Shown here piece after piece: positions 62,535 through 64,000 of a stretch of DNA of 64,000 nt. The notes below the pieces were generated by a model. That model made no database searches. It was given only the letters and a program-made list of their open reading frames with translations, and had not been told where the DNA came from. A program made the position numbers and the translations under genes. Location of the stretch: assembly GCF_018350175.1 (NCBI RefSeq), contig NC_058385.1, positions 42,036,001 to 42,100,000 of the forward strand, written 5' to 3'. Every line of letters begins with the position of its first letter. The first letter of the stretch is position 1. The stretch is from Felis catus. Its lineage: Eukaryota.

Positions 62535-62974
62535 TTTTAAGCATAGGAGTGACATGGCCAGATTTATACTTGAACAAGATCGTAACACTGGAGGCAGGGA
62601 GTCTAGTTAAGAGGTTTTTGCAGGGCCCCAGGAGATAAATGAAGGTGATTTGGACTATGGCAATGGTAGAGCAGATGAAAAGAAGTGGACAGACTTGAGA
62701 CTTATTGAGAAGTCTTATTTGAGACTATAGAACAGATTGAGGAATTGGAGATGGTGGTTAAGGAAGAGGCTGGAGTCAGTAGCTAACATGCTAACTTAAT
62801 GAAGTAGGATTCAGAAGACAAATCCAATCTTAGATGTGCAGAGGAGACTCTTCATGAACCTAGGCAAGAGAAGTATAAAGGTTTAGGCAAAGAAGTTTAT
62901 GCTCATTCTTACAGGAACTGAATAAAAAATGTGTCAGAAGAAATAACATTCACTCATTTTCAAGATGTTTAGAT

Positions 62975-63181
62975 TTTTTTTTAATGTTTATTTATTTTTG
63001 AGACACAGACGGAGCATGAACGGGGGAGGGTCAGAGAGAGAGGGAGACACAGAATCTGAAACAGGCTCCAGGCTCTGAGCTGTCAGCACAGAGCCTGACG
63101 CGGGGCTCGAACTCATGGACCGCGAGATCATGACCTGAGCCGAAGTCAGATGCTTAACCGACTGAGCCACCCAGGCACCCC
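62975..63181 (-). mobile_element. felid Can-SINE
   Basis: Full length; TSD tcaagatgttta at 62960-62971 and 63182-63193. Confidence 0.95.
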
Positions 63182-64000
63182 TCAAGATGTTTATATAGCA
63201 TCTAAATGTCACTGTGCTATGGGCTGAAGATATATTGATGAGTAAGGCATTGTACCTGCCAACAGGAGGCAATTATGTTTGTCAGACAGATGATCTGAGA
63301 TTGATTACCCTATCAAAATTACTTGTCTGTGTAATGAGAAAGAGGAAGGGCTCAAAACCTTTTATAATAGGATAGTACACTGGAATGGGGAGAGGGAGCC
63401 TCTCAGATACTACTTTTGGTTTCCCCTTTTTTTAGCGAGAGCAACTCCAGCTGCTTGACAGTATAGGAGGAGGTATCACTATAGAATCTCTAAGTGTCCA
63501 TTCTGACAGAAAGGTAAATAACCTTGAAATCCTCGAGAAGGGCTGGGGTAAGGCACGTGGGTGTCATTTGAGGGGAGGTGACTGAGTCAGATCCACTAGA
63601 TGATCCATGCCAGAGCCACTCCTAGGATTTTAAACTGAGAGTTACAGAATATATGACCCAGGTCTAGCAGACTGAGAACCTGGGGTCTGAGTGTGACAAG
63701 GGTGGTTGTCTTTCCTCATTTTCTGGTGAGCGAGGGCTTTGCTCCAGCCCCTGTTGTGGCTGCAGTGACAGAAGGTCTAGCCTTGCCCACTGCTCTTCAT
63801 ACATGTCCTTCAGGAGGAGTGCCACAGCATGGGCAGGACTCCTCCCAGCGTTGAGTGGAGCCATACCTCCTGCCCCAGAGACTCAGCTGCCCTGGTACTC
63901 CTGACCTACATTTTACCTGGTGAGGGATGCCCAACACAGCTAAATCCATGTGAGTTGTTTTTTACACTTCCAAGACAGGAATTTTGGTATAGCTATGCTG

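Larger units (their letters stand above)
58480..62780 (-). mobile_element. L2 split into two halves (58480-58799 and 62535-62780) by an old L1
   Basis: Left ends 'gagaaaccattgaatatgttttaa'; right resumes 'ttttaagcataggagtgacatggccagattt', contiguous in the L2 consensus. Confidence 0.65.

Overview
Non-coding mammalian genomic DNA from a felid (cat-family) draft assembly. The felid call rests on felid-type tRNA-derived Can-SINEs (SINEC_Fc-like) and carnivore L1 3' ends. There are three N-gaps. I recognise no protein-coding gene, rRNA, tRNA gene or CRISPR array. The only real protein-like translations in the ORF track are degraded L1 ORF2 remnants; the rest are chance ORFs, many inside SINEs, LTRs or microsatellites. 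Roughly half the window is interspersed repeat: about 15 Can-SINEs, about 12 L1 fragments, about 11 MaLR (MLT1) solo LTRs, many L2/MIR relics and several DNA-transposon MITEs. Repeat subfamily names come from memory of consensus sequences and need RepeatMasker/Dfam confirmation. L1s and SINEs lie mostly on the minus strand, which suggests a long intron of an unidentified plus-strand gene. The most interesting observations are two apparent L1 3' transductions, two internally deleted L1s, several nested insertions with readable target-site duplications (TSDs), an unexplained ~550-bp CpG-retaining insert, and a few repeat-free candidate regulatory or exon segments. I found no evidence for a novel biological system.
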